DNA of 63,488 nucleotides from Priapulus caudatus (Eukaryota), in NCBI RefSeq assembly GCF_000485595.1, contig NW_014577066.1:199908-263395 (forward strand). Direction: 5' to 3'. Shown piece by piece: positions 36,001 to 50,254 of this stretch (position 1 is its first letter; the number at the start of each line of letters is the position of its first letter). Below the pieces are notes generated by a model that did no database searches, had not been told where the DNA came from, and saw nothing but the letters and a program-made list of their open reading frames with translations. Both the position numbers and the translations under genes were made by a program.

Positions 36001-39000
36001 CCATCAATTCATTTGTAAAGGAGCTGGCACTTCTTGCACCTCAATCACCTCTAGCATGCACCTTACTATTAGTACATAATATAGGTAAATCAAGATTTAA
36101 AAAAATCGCAATTAAAGATATACGAGTCTCTGTTATACACCCATTCCAGCAAAAATACTATACATCTGATTCAAACCCCAATGTCTTACTAGCAGACCGC
36201 GCACGGTGTTCCCGTCGGTCCCCCACGCACCTTTTTGTCGCGGATGAACAGCTTTCTCCTGTACAGCATGGTGATGCGGTTCTTCAGCTGCTGGATTGCG
36301 GGGTCAAGCTTCGCCGCATCCTCAATCTCATCACTAAAGGTCTCCGGCAGCGACGACAGGTCCTCCACAGCGTCAAAGAACACCGACTCACACGCTGAAA
36401 CGACGGTGCCCGGTTATCATGGCAACCCGTTACGGCATGTACCACAGCATTCAGTTACCATGGCAACCAGCTACGATGGTAACCAGTTACAATTGTTGCC
36501 GTTTACCATGGCAATCAGTTACCATGGTGGCCAATTACAATTATTGATCATGGAGGCAATCAATTTAGTAAACATATTTACCTATACTAAGGCTGTGAAG
36601 CTTTAGCTAGGCATTCCAATCCTCTTATAAATCAGAACTTCTTCTCTAAATGGTTTGTTAAGTTTATGCACCAAGAATGTCACACAGGAAGCTGATGCAG
36701 AGTTGATAGGCACAGAGGTGGCTGCTAAATAACCAAGCTACATGTCCTTGCGTGCGCGACTCACCTTTATTAGCTATTAGCAGCTTGTTGAGGCGCCTCC
36801 GCATCTCTCGCTCCTCCTCTCCTATGATCTCTAGTCGCACGTCGTATATTTGCACTTGTTGAGCATATATGGCCGTCTCTAGCCGCTCTAGTTTGCTGGC
36901 CACATCACCCATGTTTTGAACGTTTATAAGCTGGGAAGGGAAGCAAGACTCGTCTTTAGCACAGAGCAATTAGTGATTCTGGTACAGATTCGTAAAGCAG
37001 TCTAAAGCATGTCTCAAGCCATAAGTTGTTTTGAATCTGCTTGCACATACTGTTTTACTACTCCTAAGTGTGATAATTACGTATTAATTTAAAATCTATG
37101 CTCTTCCGCATGCATAACTTCAACAACAAAACAAAAACTGCTAAATAACGATTTAAAAAAAAGTCAAATCAAAAACTGCTGCCGGAATCACGTGAATAAA
37201 TGCACCTGCTGTTCCAGCTTGTCTCGCTTGTGCTCATGCTGCCGCCTGGTGGCAGCTAACAGATAGACTCGCTCTGTGTAGAGGCGACCTTGCACGTCCT
37301 CTAGACGATCCATACACTCCACCTCAAAGTCAACCTTACCGACTAGTCGACTATCGGTGAGCATTCGGTCTCTCTGAGCTACAGATGGAAATAGTCACGA
37401 GCCAACAGTGGTCAAGAATAGTTGAGAACGAGATTGGCAGACGATTATTCCCGTAATAAAAAAGTTATTGTGTACAACGATGGCTCGTTAGCAAGATATT
37501 GCTAAGTTCATTAACCTCCGATACCACAAGGTGCAATATTCGAAATAGATTTTAAAAGATAAGAGGGCCTGGACCCTAACACAAAGAACTGAAAGAACTT
37601 TGAAGCGTTCCACATTGTGTCACATCAACTGCCACTGTACCGACTTGCACTTGTTTGTCTAAACTGGCTTCATGCCATGCGTGACAACAAATTTAACAAG
37701 ATGTCATTAAACAGGTTTTTTGTCACTAAACCACATTGTTCCATTTTTTTCCAATGACTTCCTCTTAATGTCCAATGCAGATTTACCGTTACCATTCCGT
37801 GCGAATTTACTGTGCCCTGCGACCCGACAGATTGACTGTGCACGTTGTCATGGTTACCTGCGAGTAGTTCCGTCGTCTGCGTGTAGTACTTGACGTATAA
37901 TTCAGCAATGACGTCGATCGCTTGCACGTATTGTTCATGCCACTCGCTGAACACATCACGATACTGCTGCTTAACCCGCTCACCAACCTCCTCGCTCTGC
38001 AGATAGGACTTCGCTTCTCGAACCTTGTTCAGCGCCACCTGTTGGCAGTTACAACCAGCGATTAAAGACTTGGTATGCATTCGAATGTGATCCCGTGTAG
38101 CGTACACACAGTCACAATGCTTACGAATAGAGTAATGCACAGAGGCACGCACCCACACATATCAGGAGAGAAATTAATTTGGATTTATATAAATAATAAA
38201 GGGGTAACTATATTATATATTACAAATGCGTACGACTTACACACCTAGAGAACTATCGAACTCTGGTGACAGAGTTCTCTGGTTTTATTACCTTTCCGTG
38301 TGCCTATTAGCCACACTTCCAAAACCCTTGTCTCAATGATATTAAAATCCCTCTTTTGCTCATTCATTTGTCAATGTAATATAACAAGAATGCTAATTTT
38401 AAAAGCAGGTTGACTAGATCCATTGCTATTATTACACAACTACATGTATGTGAAGGTCAACCTGCACAGGTTTAAATGCTTGCAATGCATCATCTTTACA
38501 CAACTTGGCATAGTCCTTGCCCAACTGACAGATGTGGCCCTGAAAATTTCTCATGCGTACGTACAAGACCTACATTTTATGCACTCCATTCATATTGACT
38601 CGCACAGGCTGCCATTTGTACTCACACACAGCAAATTCACGCATTGTGAATTCGTCAACCATGAAAGCTGCACTTGCTACATATTTGGCTTTTTTCGCAA
38701 GTAGGTCATATATAAGTTACGCTCATACTAAAGGTCTATGTCCCCCAGGGTACTGCCGGTGCGTACCCTGGGTGCGGTCCGGTATACTATCTGATATGGT
38801 TAGGGTTAGGGTTAGGGAGTAGGAGTAGGTGACTCCCTAGACTCTTTAGTGGAGTAGGCGAGGTACGGTCCAGCATATTAGATAGTACCAGCAGAGCATA
38901 TAAATCACATTGATTGATATCGACGAATCACACAACCGAATCTAAGTATTGGGCCACCCTTCAAAAAATTGTTTGTTTCCCCTTTACCTACTCGCCTCTC

Positions 39001-42000
39001 AGGGTACCGAGTAGGTAGGTAGGTGAAAAATCTTTTTTATTTTGTTTCGACAAGATGTGTGTATGTATATTGTATATTCTGTTTTGTGTATATGTTTTTG
39101 CGGAACAAATTTGATTTTTTTTTTTGGCGAAACGAAATAATTTTTGGTTTGTTTTAATCGGCCAATAAAATGTGTCGAGTAGCGGCGTTTTGGCGAGTCG
39201 GTCGGTAAAGGGGAAACAAGCAATATTTTATCTTAGGCCTTGTAAAATAAGTGCAATTAATCAGACTTGATCATAGTTTTCACATGGGTTTTCATAAAAG
39301 ATTACAACAATAAGTTTAACTTCAGCTATGCTGAGAACATGAGTAAATTTATGCAAGATTGCTTTTTTACAAGCACAATACGATAACAAAGCTTCACTTT
39401 TAATGAAGGGGAGCTTCCATCTGCCTACATAGTAAAGACATGTCCTACAGTAAAAATCTTTTGCATTGTAGGGAAAATGCCATTCAATAAAAAATTAATG
39501 CACATACTGTACATTTTAAAATATTATGAGCACTGTGTAGGCAATGTGAATCATATGCGATGGTTGGTACAGTTAGTAAAACCCTGATTTTATCCGCCCC
39601 GACTTAATGCGAATTCGGATATAACGCGATAAGTCATTGGACCTTTTTTTGCTCTCTCCGGAACCGAAAAGTTTTTCGCTGAGTTAAGCCGGGCTTAGGT
39701 CAGATTGTGATTGAATGTGACGCGACTCGACACATTGCAACTCAATGCGACTGCAGTGCCTAGGTCGACAGCGACACGACTGACAGCGATGAGCAACGAC
39801 TGACACTGGCAGTCACAGAAGTTGCAACAACAAGTTATTCATGGCATTCTTTACCTGCCAGGTAATTTACTTGCCAGAAGGTAAACGTGCAAAAAACGGG
39901 TCAAATAAGTCAAAAATAGGGGTGTTTAGGATGTTAGGTCAACATTGGGTCAGTTTATACGCTGATTTTCTTGAGCCCCAATTCAGTGAGAACCTGCTTT
40001 TTTCGCGATGACATTTTATGGACCTCAACGATCGTGTTATGACGGGACCACACTGCATTAGGAATGCAGAGACAACACAAAACACCCATACAAATGCATC
40101 AATTTGTACCTCACGCAGGTCAAGAAATGGTTGCAGTTGCATGTTGTAGAGTTCAGCCAGTTCTACGTGCACATTTCCAAGTGCCATCTCCTCTTTAGAG
40201 TACCACTCTTTGAGCTTCTGTAGACTGGTAATTGAGTTTCTCTCCAGTAAAAACCGATTGACCTGCTCCCTTGCTCGACTGAGGTTATCACGACGAGCCT
40301 GCAGTCTAAGTTCGCTGATGTCTTCCAGATATTCCTCGATATTGATCTCTTCGAACATAGTCTGTATGAGCAACTTTTCGCCACATATCTCCAGCGCTAT
40401 CTGCATGTAGAGTTCCAATTGTTCGCACAAGCTCTGCGGAATCTCGGTGAAATAGAAGAGCGACCAGATGCCGTGGTACTCGATGGGGAGGTCGGGAAGG
40501 TAGGCTGCGAGTGCTGGCTGTAAGAGGCACAGTTGATCGTGCACGCCACGAATGTCCTGCAGACTGAACAGCCCCGCCCAGCTGTGCTGCTCATCTCCGG
40601 TCACCGTGCGGTGGCTCCCTCTGCAGGTGATTGCGAGTTTTCCCTCTACTTTGTTCCACGCAATGATGAAGTGGAGACGGCGTTTCGGTGAGTCGTCGAG
40701 GAACATGTCTGGTTTTATAGCCACCCAGCCTTCCAGACTTCCATAATCTATGTCCTGAAAGAAAAGGCAGTACAGGTTGTCTAAAACTGCTTTGCACAAC
40801 CTTAGAACAAGCACCCAAACACAATAGATTCAATGACATTGATCCGCATTATTGCCAAGAAAAATTATTTGGTTGAAATAAATTTGGAAATATGCATCGT
40901 CATTTAAAGATGATACCAACTATCTGAACAAATTTTTGGTCGAACGACAAAGCAGTTTAAGATTAGAAAATGACTGCCATCGCACATAGTGTTTTCCTGT
41001 AGCTTCATCATTTCTGTCATTGCTTATCATCTCATGAATATTTCTGCAGGTACTCGTTTTCAATTTTGTGAAAAATGCAAATTTCTTTAATGGTTATGGC
41101 TTTATGGGATTCTACCAATGTTACAAACAACTTTATTTTTTTGGAACTTTGTGAGAATATGAATTACCAAAATCACAAGCAATGATGCTGGTAACTAAGC
41201 GCCCTTAGTAGAACGTGGTTGGGTGGTATTAATTTTATTTTATGTTACAGGAGTATTTGCTTTGAGAGGAGCATTGACATTTTGTGAAACACCACTATAT
41301 AGATTAAGGAATGAATGAAAATATTTGTTTTTGTTCTCTCCTAATAGATTATTATGCAATTAAAATAGCCAATTCTCCATATGAGCAACTAAATTTGTGA
41401 AAATTCTAGGTCACTGATCACAGATGTGAGAGACAGCTCCAAGAAACGGTCATGGATTGAAAGATCATTGTAAATTGTATGTAGCATGTAGGTGTATTGA
41501 CGTTGGTCTCACAGCATCTGTCAGGCAGCAGCAACCTATTCAACCTGATCCTTTACTTGATCTTTAATCTGGATACTTTGATCTGATACTTTAGTCGAAA
41601 TACAAGAATGAATCTACTACTAGTAGCAGTATCTAGGAATTACCAGCGCAAATCCACTTTAGGCACCTTAGGTATCACGACGTGATGCACAGATTTCTGT
41701 GTATCATCAACTGATACACAGACTGTCCGTATATCAAGGAATGATGCAAAAACCCTAACCCTAACCCTAAGTCATAAAGTATAACCTTAGCCTTAGGTAT
41801 CACGAAGTGTGTTAGGGTTAGGGTTAGGGTTAGAGTTTTTGCATCATTCCTTGATATACGGAAAGTCTGTGCATTAGTTGATGATACACAGAAATCTGTG
41901 CATCACTTCGTGATACCCTAAGGTGCCTCAAGTGGATTTGCACCGGAATGCCCCCCCCCCTAACTCTATGGCCATGCAGACTTCAGCTACGTCCGTCTCA

Positions 42001-42196
42001 CGTGTGGCTCCTAGCACAATAGTTACTACGAGTGTCCTATGGCAGCGTAGAATAATCTGATCCAATACCTACTACACCACACATTACTTAGCATCGCAAC
42101 TCCGTTGATAATCAAATGCGTCAATGTCAACAACAATGGCATGCACTCGCAATCATGTGAGTGTTTATCATATCTTGTTTATCAACTTACCTCCAT
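33056..42196 (-). CDS. JMY: JMY/WHAMM-family actin nucleation-promoting factor, 11 coding exons, 763 aa
   Basis: Exons 42196-42191, 40754-40110, 38038-37858, 37378-37206, 36930-36765, 36394-36231, 35687-35601, 35019-34924, 34295-33752, 33535-33400, 33149-33056; 2292 nt in frame. N-terminal WHAMM-JMY domain (SLEGWVAIK...FIIAWNKVEGKLAITC...WAGLFS), coiled-coil region, polyproline, WH2-like motifs (ELQSALKKLKKT; DEIMHTIKLGVKLRTV) and an acidic tail with Trp. Confidence 0.92.
34457..34837. mobile_element. PIF/Harbinger-like MITE in JMY intron 8
   Basis: TIRs AGGCGTTTCACAC / GTGTGAACACGCCT; 3-bp TSD ATT; empty site visible in the duplicate near 45211-45230. Confidence 0.85.
38721..38890. mobile_element. 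Truncated copy of the (TTAGGG)n Mutator-like MITE
   Basis: GCTCATA...GGTCTATGTCCCCCAGGGTACTGCC end plus the TTAGGG core. Confidence 0.75.
39570..40055. mobile_element. Degenerate Tc1/pogo-like MITE
   Basis: TA-CAGT...GGATATAACGCG left end and CGTGTTATGACGGGACCACACTG right end. Confidence 0.45.
41640..41948. mobile_element. Palindromic (foldback) element with about 130-bp arms ending internally in inverted telomere-like tracts
   Basis: 41646-41770 is the reverse complement of about 41811-41943; (CCCTAA)3 faces (TTAGGG)3. Confidence 0.75.
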
Positions 42197-42840
42197 ACTT
42201 CCTTTGTGTTTCACACAGTCCTACACAGTCACGTCAAATGGATGCTATGACATTCCCTGAGTAGTGCTCTGGTGGGTCATGTGCTGTAGCAATTACTAGA
42301 GATCAGCTGGAGAGGCTCCAAATAATCACAAAGAAGAATGAACACCTACTGACCTTTCTCTCGCCATCTGACGTTATTTGTTTTCATCACGTGATCTCGA
42401 TCACAATAAAAGTAGCATGGCATTCGTACACAAGAGTTTCATCAGAGGTTTTATATAATCATAGCAATTTGTAAATTAATTCAAAAAATAAATAAATAAG
42501 CGACTCCAAATTTCAAATTATTTTTATAAATACTCTGTCGAGAAAATGTTTCTTTTATTATAAAAGACAAACTTTTTGTAAACGCTGAATCATTTATCAA
42601 CGCCAAAGTCTACCCTGCCAAAACTGATCAATGTGCACCGTGTTCCAGTTATATTCTGTTTTCCGAATCCAAAAGATGTCCAGGTCCAGGGCAAGTCTTC
42701 GGTTCTATTCTGTTATTGGCTTTGTACAGCCGAGAACAGGCTGTGTTCCTTATAGTAACCATAGATGTTAATATAGTATGCGTATTTATAGGATACTATT
42801 ACTATTAGTAAATATTAGTATTACTGACACTGTAAGTGTA

Positions 42841-43288
42841 TCTGTTGTGCCCAAACTTGGAATCTTGCACAAACTTGGAATTTCAGCGCATCCACAGTTT
42901 GGGCAACCAATCTTGAGATTGGGCAAACAGAGGTAAACACAAAACAGAGCTTGCACAAACATATGATTATTAGGATTTCAAATGTTATATCATAACTATA
43001 ACTATAAGTATAAGTATAAAGGTCGTATACCTTCTTTCCTCAATGAGTTTGGCACCTTTGTATAAATAATAAATGATTATAATAAATAATTGGATAAATA
43101 TGAGATAAATCCTTTCCTAGTTTGCACCACCCACACCACACACTCGCTATGAGCGGTTGTTGAATCACCGACTGTTTTCAGTTTGCACAATCTTGAGATT
43201 GTTCAGCCAAACTAGGGAATCCGCAGTTTGGGCAGCACAATCGTTGCACAATCTCGAGATTGGGCAGATTCCAAGTTTGGTTACAGCA
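42841..43288. mobile_element. TA-flanked MITE upstream of JMY
   Basis: Imperfect TIRs containing CCAAACTTGGAATC; internal CAATCTYGAGATTG palindromes; absent from the duplicate near 54630. Confidence 0.7.
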
Positions 43289-43750
43289 TAATTTGCAAAT
43301 CAAGACTTTATATAATCTCTTGGCAATACGTTGGCGTAAATTGACAACTGCTATAAATAATGTTAAGTAAGATGTATTTAGATAATATATATTACATTAT
43401 GATTCCTATTATTTACTTCGAAAATTCGTGTCAACACTGAAATTGTTCTCACCAACAATTCACTGTCACCCTCGACGTCGCTAATAATTTCACGCACATG
43501 GTACTTATAACCCACTGCAACTATCATAAGCAATATACAGAGCATAGGAAGATGGATGGAATATTAATACACGTGGAAAAGATAAAGCATATCTACTGCA
43601 TTGAAAACTGGGTTGTCGACACATGTTTGCACATGTATCGTGCCTACCGCTGATGACATAAGCAGCAAAAGGCATCAGTTTATATTTGAAAGACACCACC
43701 GCTGGCTGCATTCGTTATCGCTGTGTGCAGACCCTTTTCAGTCGGACTGG

Positions 43751-46700
43751 CTAGAATCTGGTCCCAACGAATCGAATTCAGAGGCTGTGGCAGCCATCTC
43801 ATTTTTCTTGCGTGTTCATCGATCATGTGCCTGATTCTGAACAGACTGCAACACAAAGCTTTTTGATTAACTTCAGATAGATGCAAATAATCGTCACTTG
43901 TATCTAATAAACAATTTCAGCGTGGGAAATTCAGTAGGTGTGTGGGCATCAAAAACGAGTAGATCAATGGATATAGTAGGAGTTACTATAAAATGGCAAA
44001 AACCTGCAGGCACATACATGTGTCAGCGCTAATTGATAGGTTTTTCAGTGTGGCAATCACACAGCATATTCTTCTGCAATTCAAGTGACACAGTAGGGCT
44101 TAGTAATCGACTACGGGCATACCTAGTTTTAAGCAGTTTTTTGGTGTGCATCGGTGCTTAAATAGCACCTCCTCTGCTTCTTGATCGGGCAATTCGCTCT
44201 GCGTCACTGTACGGCAGCTTCACTCCGCAGCTTGATTGTGTGGCATAATCGCTCATCGCGCAGCCACCATTGAAATGGTCAACTCTTCATGGTGAATTCC
44301 GAAACGAGAGCAGCAATACTTTGAATGAATGAAAATGATTCTGAAAAAATCGAATGCTGTATGCAGAATAAATGTACAACAGCCTACTCATTATTGTAAA
44401 CATTAGGCAAGTAGTCAGCAACACACTACAGCGACACAGATATCTATGCGTGAGATCAGTGATTAGTAGCACTAAATACGAGCACTAACCGCCGCGACGG
44501 CGTCACATCCGGCGCTTTTCTTCATAGGCTTGCGTTCTGCTGAGTTTTTTTTGCAGTGGCGACTGCAACTCCCTGCAGGTCGGGGCTATGTGCGGGCGCT
44601 GGATGGCAGGCCGCTTACGCTTCGGCTTCTGCGCTGCGGTTTGCAACTTCTCCCTCGGTCTTGCTTCGTAGGTGTGTCCGTCTGGGTGTGGTGGAGGTAC
44701 CGGCGGCGAGGGCGGTGGCGGGGGAGGGCAGTAGCCGCGGCAGGGCTAGTTCTTGCGGGAGGGTGCGGTGCTCGGGGCTGCGTGGGGGAGGGGCCGTGTG
44801 CCGGGCTGGTTCTCGTGGGGACTGCGTGTATGCTCGGCGGGGCTTTCGGTCGCGAAGTGGTCCGTCTCGGAACGTGAACGGGAGCGGCTTGCTGCATGCC
44901 GCGCAGGACTGGCGGCGTGGCCTGCTGACGCACGCTGTCTGGGCAGCGGGCGGCACGCCTCGCTGCTAACGTCACCTCTACTGCGAGGCTGTCCATCGGA
45001 AATGTACAGTCAAGAGAATACTCAGGAACGTCGATGTGCAGGCGTCGGGTACTTCTGTGAGGCAGACGAAAGTGGTACCTTTGGCAGTGAGTTTGCGAAT
45101 GTACAATCGATGACTAATATATTGAATTATAAATAATACACTGAGTGACTTTTCATAAATCAGTACATAAAATCACAATGTAATTGAAGTTTTTTGATAT
45201 GTGTAATGATCATAACATTTTGTTGATATTAGCATATATTTCTCAAATTTTGCCCTGCTACTTTGTTACTAGTTGCAACGACTAACTGCATTCGAAGCGT
45301 AACACACCATTCTGTAGCTTTTTGTATTCTAGTCCAGTGTCTTCCTCCCTCTCTCTGCAGATCGGCTCTTTCGAATCGATTTACTGTTCTGCTTATCCTC
45401 TCTCGTTCATGAGAAATAACAACAGAAGAAGGTGAGATTTCTAAATAGTAGAAAAGGCAACAGGCAAAACTTTGCAACAGTTTCCAATATTATTTGTAGA
45501 TGCTCACATTGGAAATCCGTGCAAGACTTGTAAAACACCTTCGGCACACTTTGTGTAGTATAAACATGCAGCTGGCCAGGCTCAGCATGCACAAGGACCT
45601 ATTGTCAGAAAATTATAAGTAGTTATAACAATCATAAGTCTAAATTGTCATAACTTATGAAGTGAGTGTCACTGTAAGTTATGACATTTTTAGTATTATG
45701 ATAGTTTATTATGATAACTATTTTATGATGTTTCTGATAACAGGTCCACGGTCCCCTCCTAGGCATCATACAACTGTACACAACTGTAAGCGACAGCGGC
45801 AGATATGACGCTCACGCAGAATGCAAGGGCTCAGAATGCAGTGCTTCCATCTTAGTAGGTACCTCATAGCTTGAACCTCTATGTTTTATGGCTATTACAT
45901 GACGGCATAGTCCATCTGTGTCACTCTCCCCATGCTGATCACGTTTACCCAGAGACTGTAGTAGGTGCGTGCCATTTAAGCTATTTAGCTTTTTTTGTAC
46001 AGCATGGTGTTTAAGATAAAGTGCCTTGTTCTTCTGTCCTTTGCTCGCATTTTTTAGAACTGTCCTACCGCTTTTGCCAAAGCATCCTGTTTAAAGGAAA
46101 CACAGATTAAACAACAGTAAATAGACGTTCCACACAGCATGTAGTTCTAAGTGGATTCTTGGTCCATAAGAGCAAGCAATCAATCAACATTTCTAATTTT
46201 TATATTCTACTGCGCCACAGCGGTTGAAAAATTCTAGGAAGCACAGTTTCAATCGGTATTTTGCACAGCATAATTATAGAGCAAAATACTGCCGGAATGC
46301 AGAATGTTTCAACAGACCACGGCACTCATGCACACGGGCACACAATTTCAATGTGGAGGCAAATACACACTAGTCCCACCTACTGGCATAACAGCGCCAA
46401 TCTGTTCATTCCAACCCATCAATTCATTTGTAAAGGAGCTGCACTGTCTGGGGCACCTCAATCACCTCTAGCATGGCCACGCTACATATTAGTACATAAA
46501 TATAGGTAAATCAAGATTTATAAAAATGCGGGGGACAATTAGAGATATACGAGTCTCGTGTATACACCATTCCACCAAAAATACTATACATTGATTCAAA
46601 AACGCCCCAATGTCTTACTAGCAGACCGGCAGCGGTGTTCCCGTCGTCCCACGCATCCTTTTTTGTCGGCGGATGAACAGGCTTTCTGCCTGTAGCAGCA

Positions 46701-49700
46701 TGGTGATGCGGTTCTTCAGCTGCTGATTGGCGGGGTCAAGCATCGGCCGCGCCTCATCTCATCACTAAAGGTCGCCGGCAGCGAGCCGACAGGTCTCCAC
46801 GGCGTCAAGAACACGGACTCACACGCCTGAAACGACGGTCCCGGTTATTCATGAGAATCCCCGTTACGGCATGTAAGCGCACAGCATTCAGTTACGCATG
46901 GTGGCCATTAACAATTATTGAGTCACTGGAAGGCAATCATTTAGTAAAACATATTTACAGCTATAGCTAAATTAGGCTGTGAAGCTTTTTAAGCTAGGCA
47001 TTCCAGTTCCTCTTATAAATCAGAACTTCTTCTCTAAATGGTTTGTTAAGTTTTATGCAGCTAAGAATGTCACACAGAAGCTGATGCAGAGTTGATAGGC
47101 GCAGAGGTGGGCTGCTAAATAACCAAAGCTACATGTCCTTGCGTGCGCGAGCTCACCTTTATTAGCTATTAGCAGCTGTTGAGGCGCCTCCGCATCTCTC
47201 AGCTCCTCCTCTCTATGATCTCTAGTCGCACGTCGTATATTTGGCACTTGTTGAGCATTAATGGCCGTCTCTAGCCGCTTAGTTTGCTGGCCACATCACG
47301 CCATGTTTTTGAACGTTTATAAGCTGGAAGGAAGGCAAGACTCGCGTAAGCAGCGAGAGGGCAATCAGTGATTCTGGTACATTGATTCGTAAAGGCAGTC
47401 TAAAGCATGTCTCAAGCGATAAAGTTGTTTTGAATCTGGCTTGGCACCATATGTCTTTACTACTCTAAGTGTGATATTACGTATTAATTTAGAAATGTAT
47501 GCTCTTCGCATGCAAACATTCACAACAAACAAAAAACTGCTAATAACGATTAAAAAAAAGGCGAAAGCGAAAACTGCTGCCGGAATCACGTGAATAATGG
47601 CATCCTGCTGTTCCAGGCTGTCTGCGCTTGTGCTCAGCTGCGCTGGTGGCCAGCTAACAAGATACCTTGCTGCTGTGTAGAGGCGACCTTGCACGTGCCT
47701 CTAGAGCGATTGCCATACACTCCACCTCAAAGTCAACCTTACCGAGCTAGTCGACTCTCGCTGAGCATTCGTCTCTCCTGAGGCTACAGATGGAAATATG
47801 TCACGAAGCCCAACAGTGGCAAGAATAGTCGAGAAAACGAGATTGGCAGAGATTATTCCGCGTATATAAAAAAGTTCTTGTGTACAAGCTGATGGCTCGT
47901 TAGCAAGATATTGGCTAAGTTCATTAACCTCCGAATACCACAAGGTGGAATATTCGAAATGGATTTTTAAAGATAAGAGGGCCTGGAACCGTAACACAAA
48001 AGAAGCTGAAAGAACTTTGAAGGGCATGACAAACAATGTGGCACAATCAACTGCCAGCTGTAGCCGACTTGCACTTTGTTTCGTCTAAACTGGCTTCATG
48101 CGCAAATGCCGTGACAACAAATTTAAGCAAGATGTCATTAAACAGGATTTTTTGTCACTAGGGGCCACATTGTTCGATTTTTATTCTTTTTTATTCCAAT
48201 GACTTCCCTCTTAATGTCGCAATGCAGATTTACCGTTACCATTCGCGTGGCGATTTACTGTGCCGGCTGCGACCGACAGATGACTGTGCACGTTGTCAAT
48301 GGTTACCTGCGAGTAGTTCCGTCGTCTTGGCGTGTAGTAGCTTGACGTATAATTCAGGCAATGAGCGTCGACGGCTTGACGGTATTGTTCCATGGCACTC
48401 GCTGAACACATCACGATACTGCTGCTTAACCCGCTCACCAACGCGCGCATCGGGCTCTGCTAGATAGGACTTCGGATTTTTTTATTCTCGAACCTTGTTC
48501 AGCGCGCACCTGTTGCAGTTACAACCAGCGATTAAAGTACTTGGTATGGCATTCGAATGTGTATGCGACGTGTTAGCGTACACACAGTCAGCAATGCTTA
48601 CGAATAGAGTATGCACAGAGGCACGCACCCACACAATATCAGGAGAGAAATATTTTAGAGATTTATATAAATATAAAGGGGTAACTATATATATTTCAAA
48701 TGCGTACGACTTTACACACCTAGAGAACTATCGAAGCTCTGGTGACAGAGTTCTCTGGTTTTTTTTACATTTCCGTGTGCCTATTACCACACTTCCAAAA
48801 CGACCTTGTCTGCATGATATTAAAATCAAGCTCTATTTGCTCATTCATTTGTCAAATGTAATATAACAAGAATGCTAATTTTAAAGCAGGTTGACTAGAT
48901 CATGCTATTATTACACAACACTACATCGTATGTGAAGGTCAACTGGCACAGGTTTAAATGCTTTTGCAATGCATCATGCTTTACCAACTTGGCATATGTC
49001 CTTGGGCCGCAACTGACAGATGTGGCCCTGAAAATTTCTCATGGCGTAGCGTACAAGGACTACATTTTTATGGCAGCTCCATTTCATATTGACTCGCACA
49101 GGCTTGCCATTTGTACTCACACGCACAGCAATTGCAGCGCATGTGCGAGATTCGTCAACGCATGAAAGGCTGCACTTGCTACATATTTGGCTTTTTTCCG
49201 GCAAGTAGGTCAATATATAAGTACGCTCATACTAAAGGTGCTATGTCCCCCAGGTAATGCCGGTGCGTACGGCTGGGGTGCGGTCGCGGTATACTATCTG
49301 ATATGGTTAGGGTTAGGGTTAGGGAGTAGGAGTAGGCGACTCCTAAGACTCTTAGTGAGTGGCGAGGTAAACGGTCCAGCATATTAGATAGTACCCAGCA
49401 GAGCATATAAATCACATTGATTGATATCGACGAATCACACAACGGCGAATCTAAGTAATTCGGGCCCACCCCTTCAAAAATTGTTTGTTCCGCAGCTTTA
49501 CGCTACATCGCCTCTCAGGGTACCGAGTAGGTAGGTAGGTGAAAAATCTTTTTATTTTGTTTCGACAAGATTGTATGTATATATATATATTGTATGTATG
49601 TATGTATATTGTACTATTCTGTTTGTGTATATGTTTTTGGCGGAGCAAATTTGATTTTTTTTTTTTGGGGGCGAAACGATAATAATTTTATGGTTTGTTT

Positions 49701-50221
49701 TACTCGGCCAAATAAATGTGTCGAGTAGGCGGCGTTTTGGCGAGTCGGTGACGGTAAAGGGAAACAAGCAATATTTTATCTTAGGCCTTGTAAAATAAGT
49801 GCATATTAATCAGACTTGATCTATAGTTTTCACATGGGTTTACTCATAAAAGATTACAACAATAAGTTTAAATCTTCAGCTATGCTGAGAAGCATGAAGT
49901 AAATTTATGGCAAGTATTCGCTTTTTTACAAGCACAATACGATAAACAAAGCTTCACTTTAATGAAGGGGAGCTTCGCCATGCTGCCATACATAGTAAAG
50001 ACATGTTCCCCTAGCAGTAAAAATCTTTTGGCATTGTAGGGAATGCCAATTTCATAACAAGAGCCGGCAGAGCGTCTGGGGCCTCCATCTGAGTCTGTTG
50101 CTACGATTATACAACGTCAAATTTCAGTCGGTGGCGTAGCTTACCACATTTGTTAGGCGCAGAAATTATGGCAGACACCAGTTGGCAGTACACATCATTG
50201 TTAGGACACGCCCACTATCGG

Positions 50222-50254
<33 letters not shown>

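Noticed and set aside
38462..38539. Possible 78-nt in-frame JMY cassette exon (GHICQLGKDYAKLCKDDALQAFKPVQ)
   Set aside because: Weak donor (GTTGAC), and family similarity runs directly from exon 2 to the 38038 exon; it would need RNA-seq support.
42387..42394. TCACGTGA E-box (CLEAR-like) upstream of JMY
   Set aside because: A single 8-mer is not significant without conservation or binding data.
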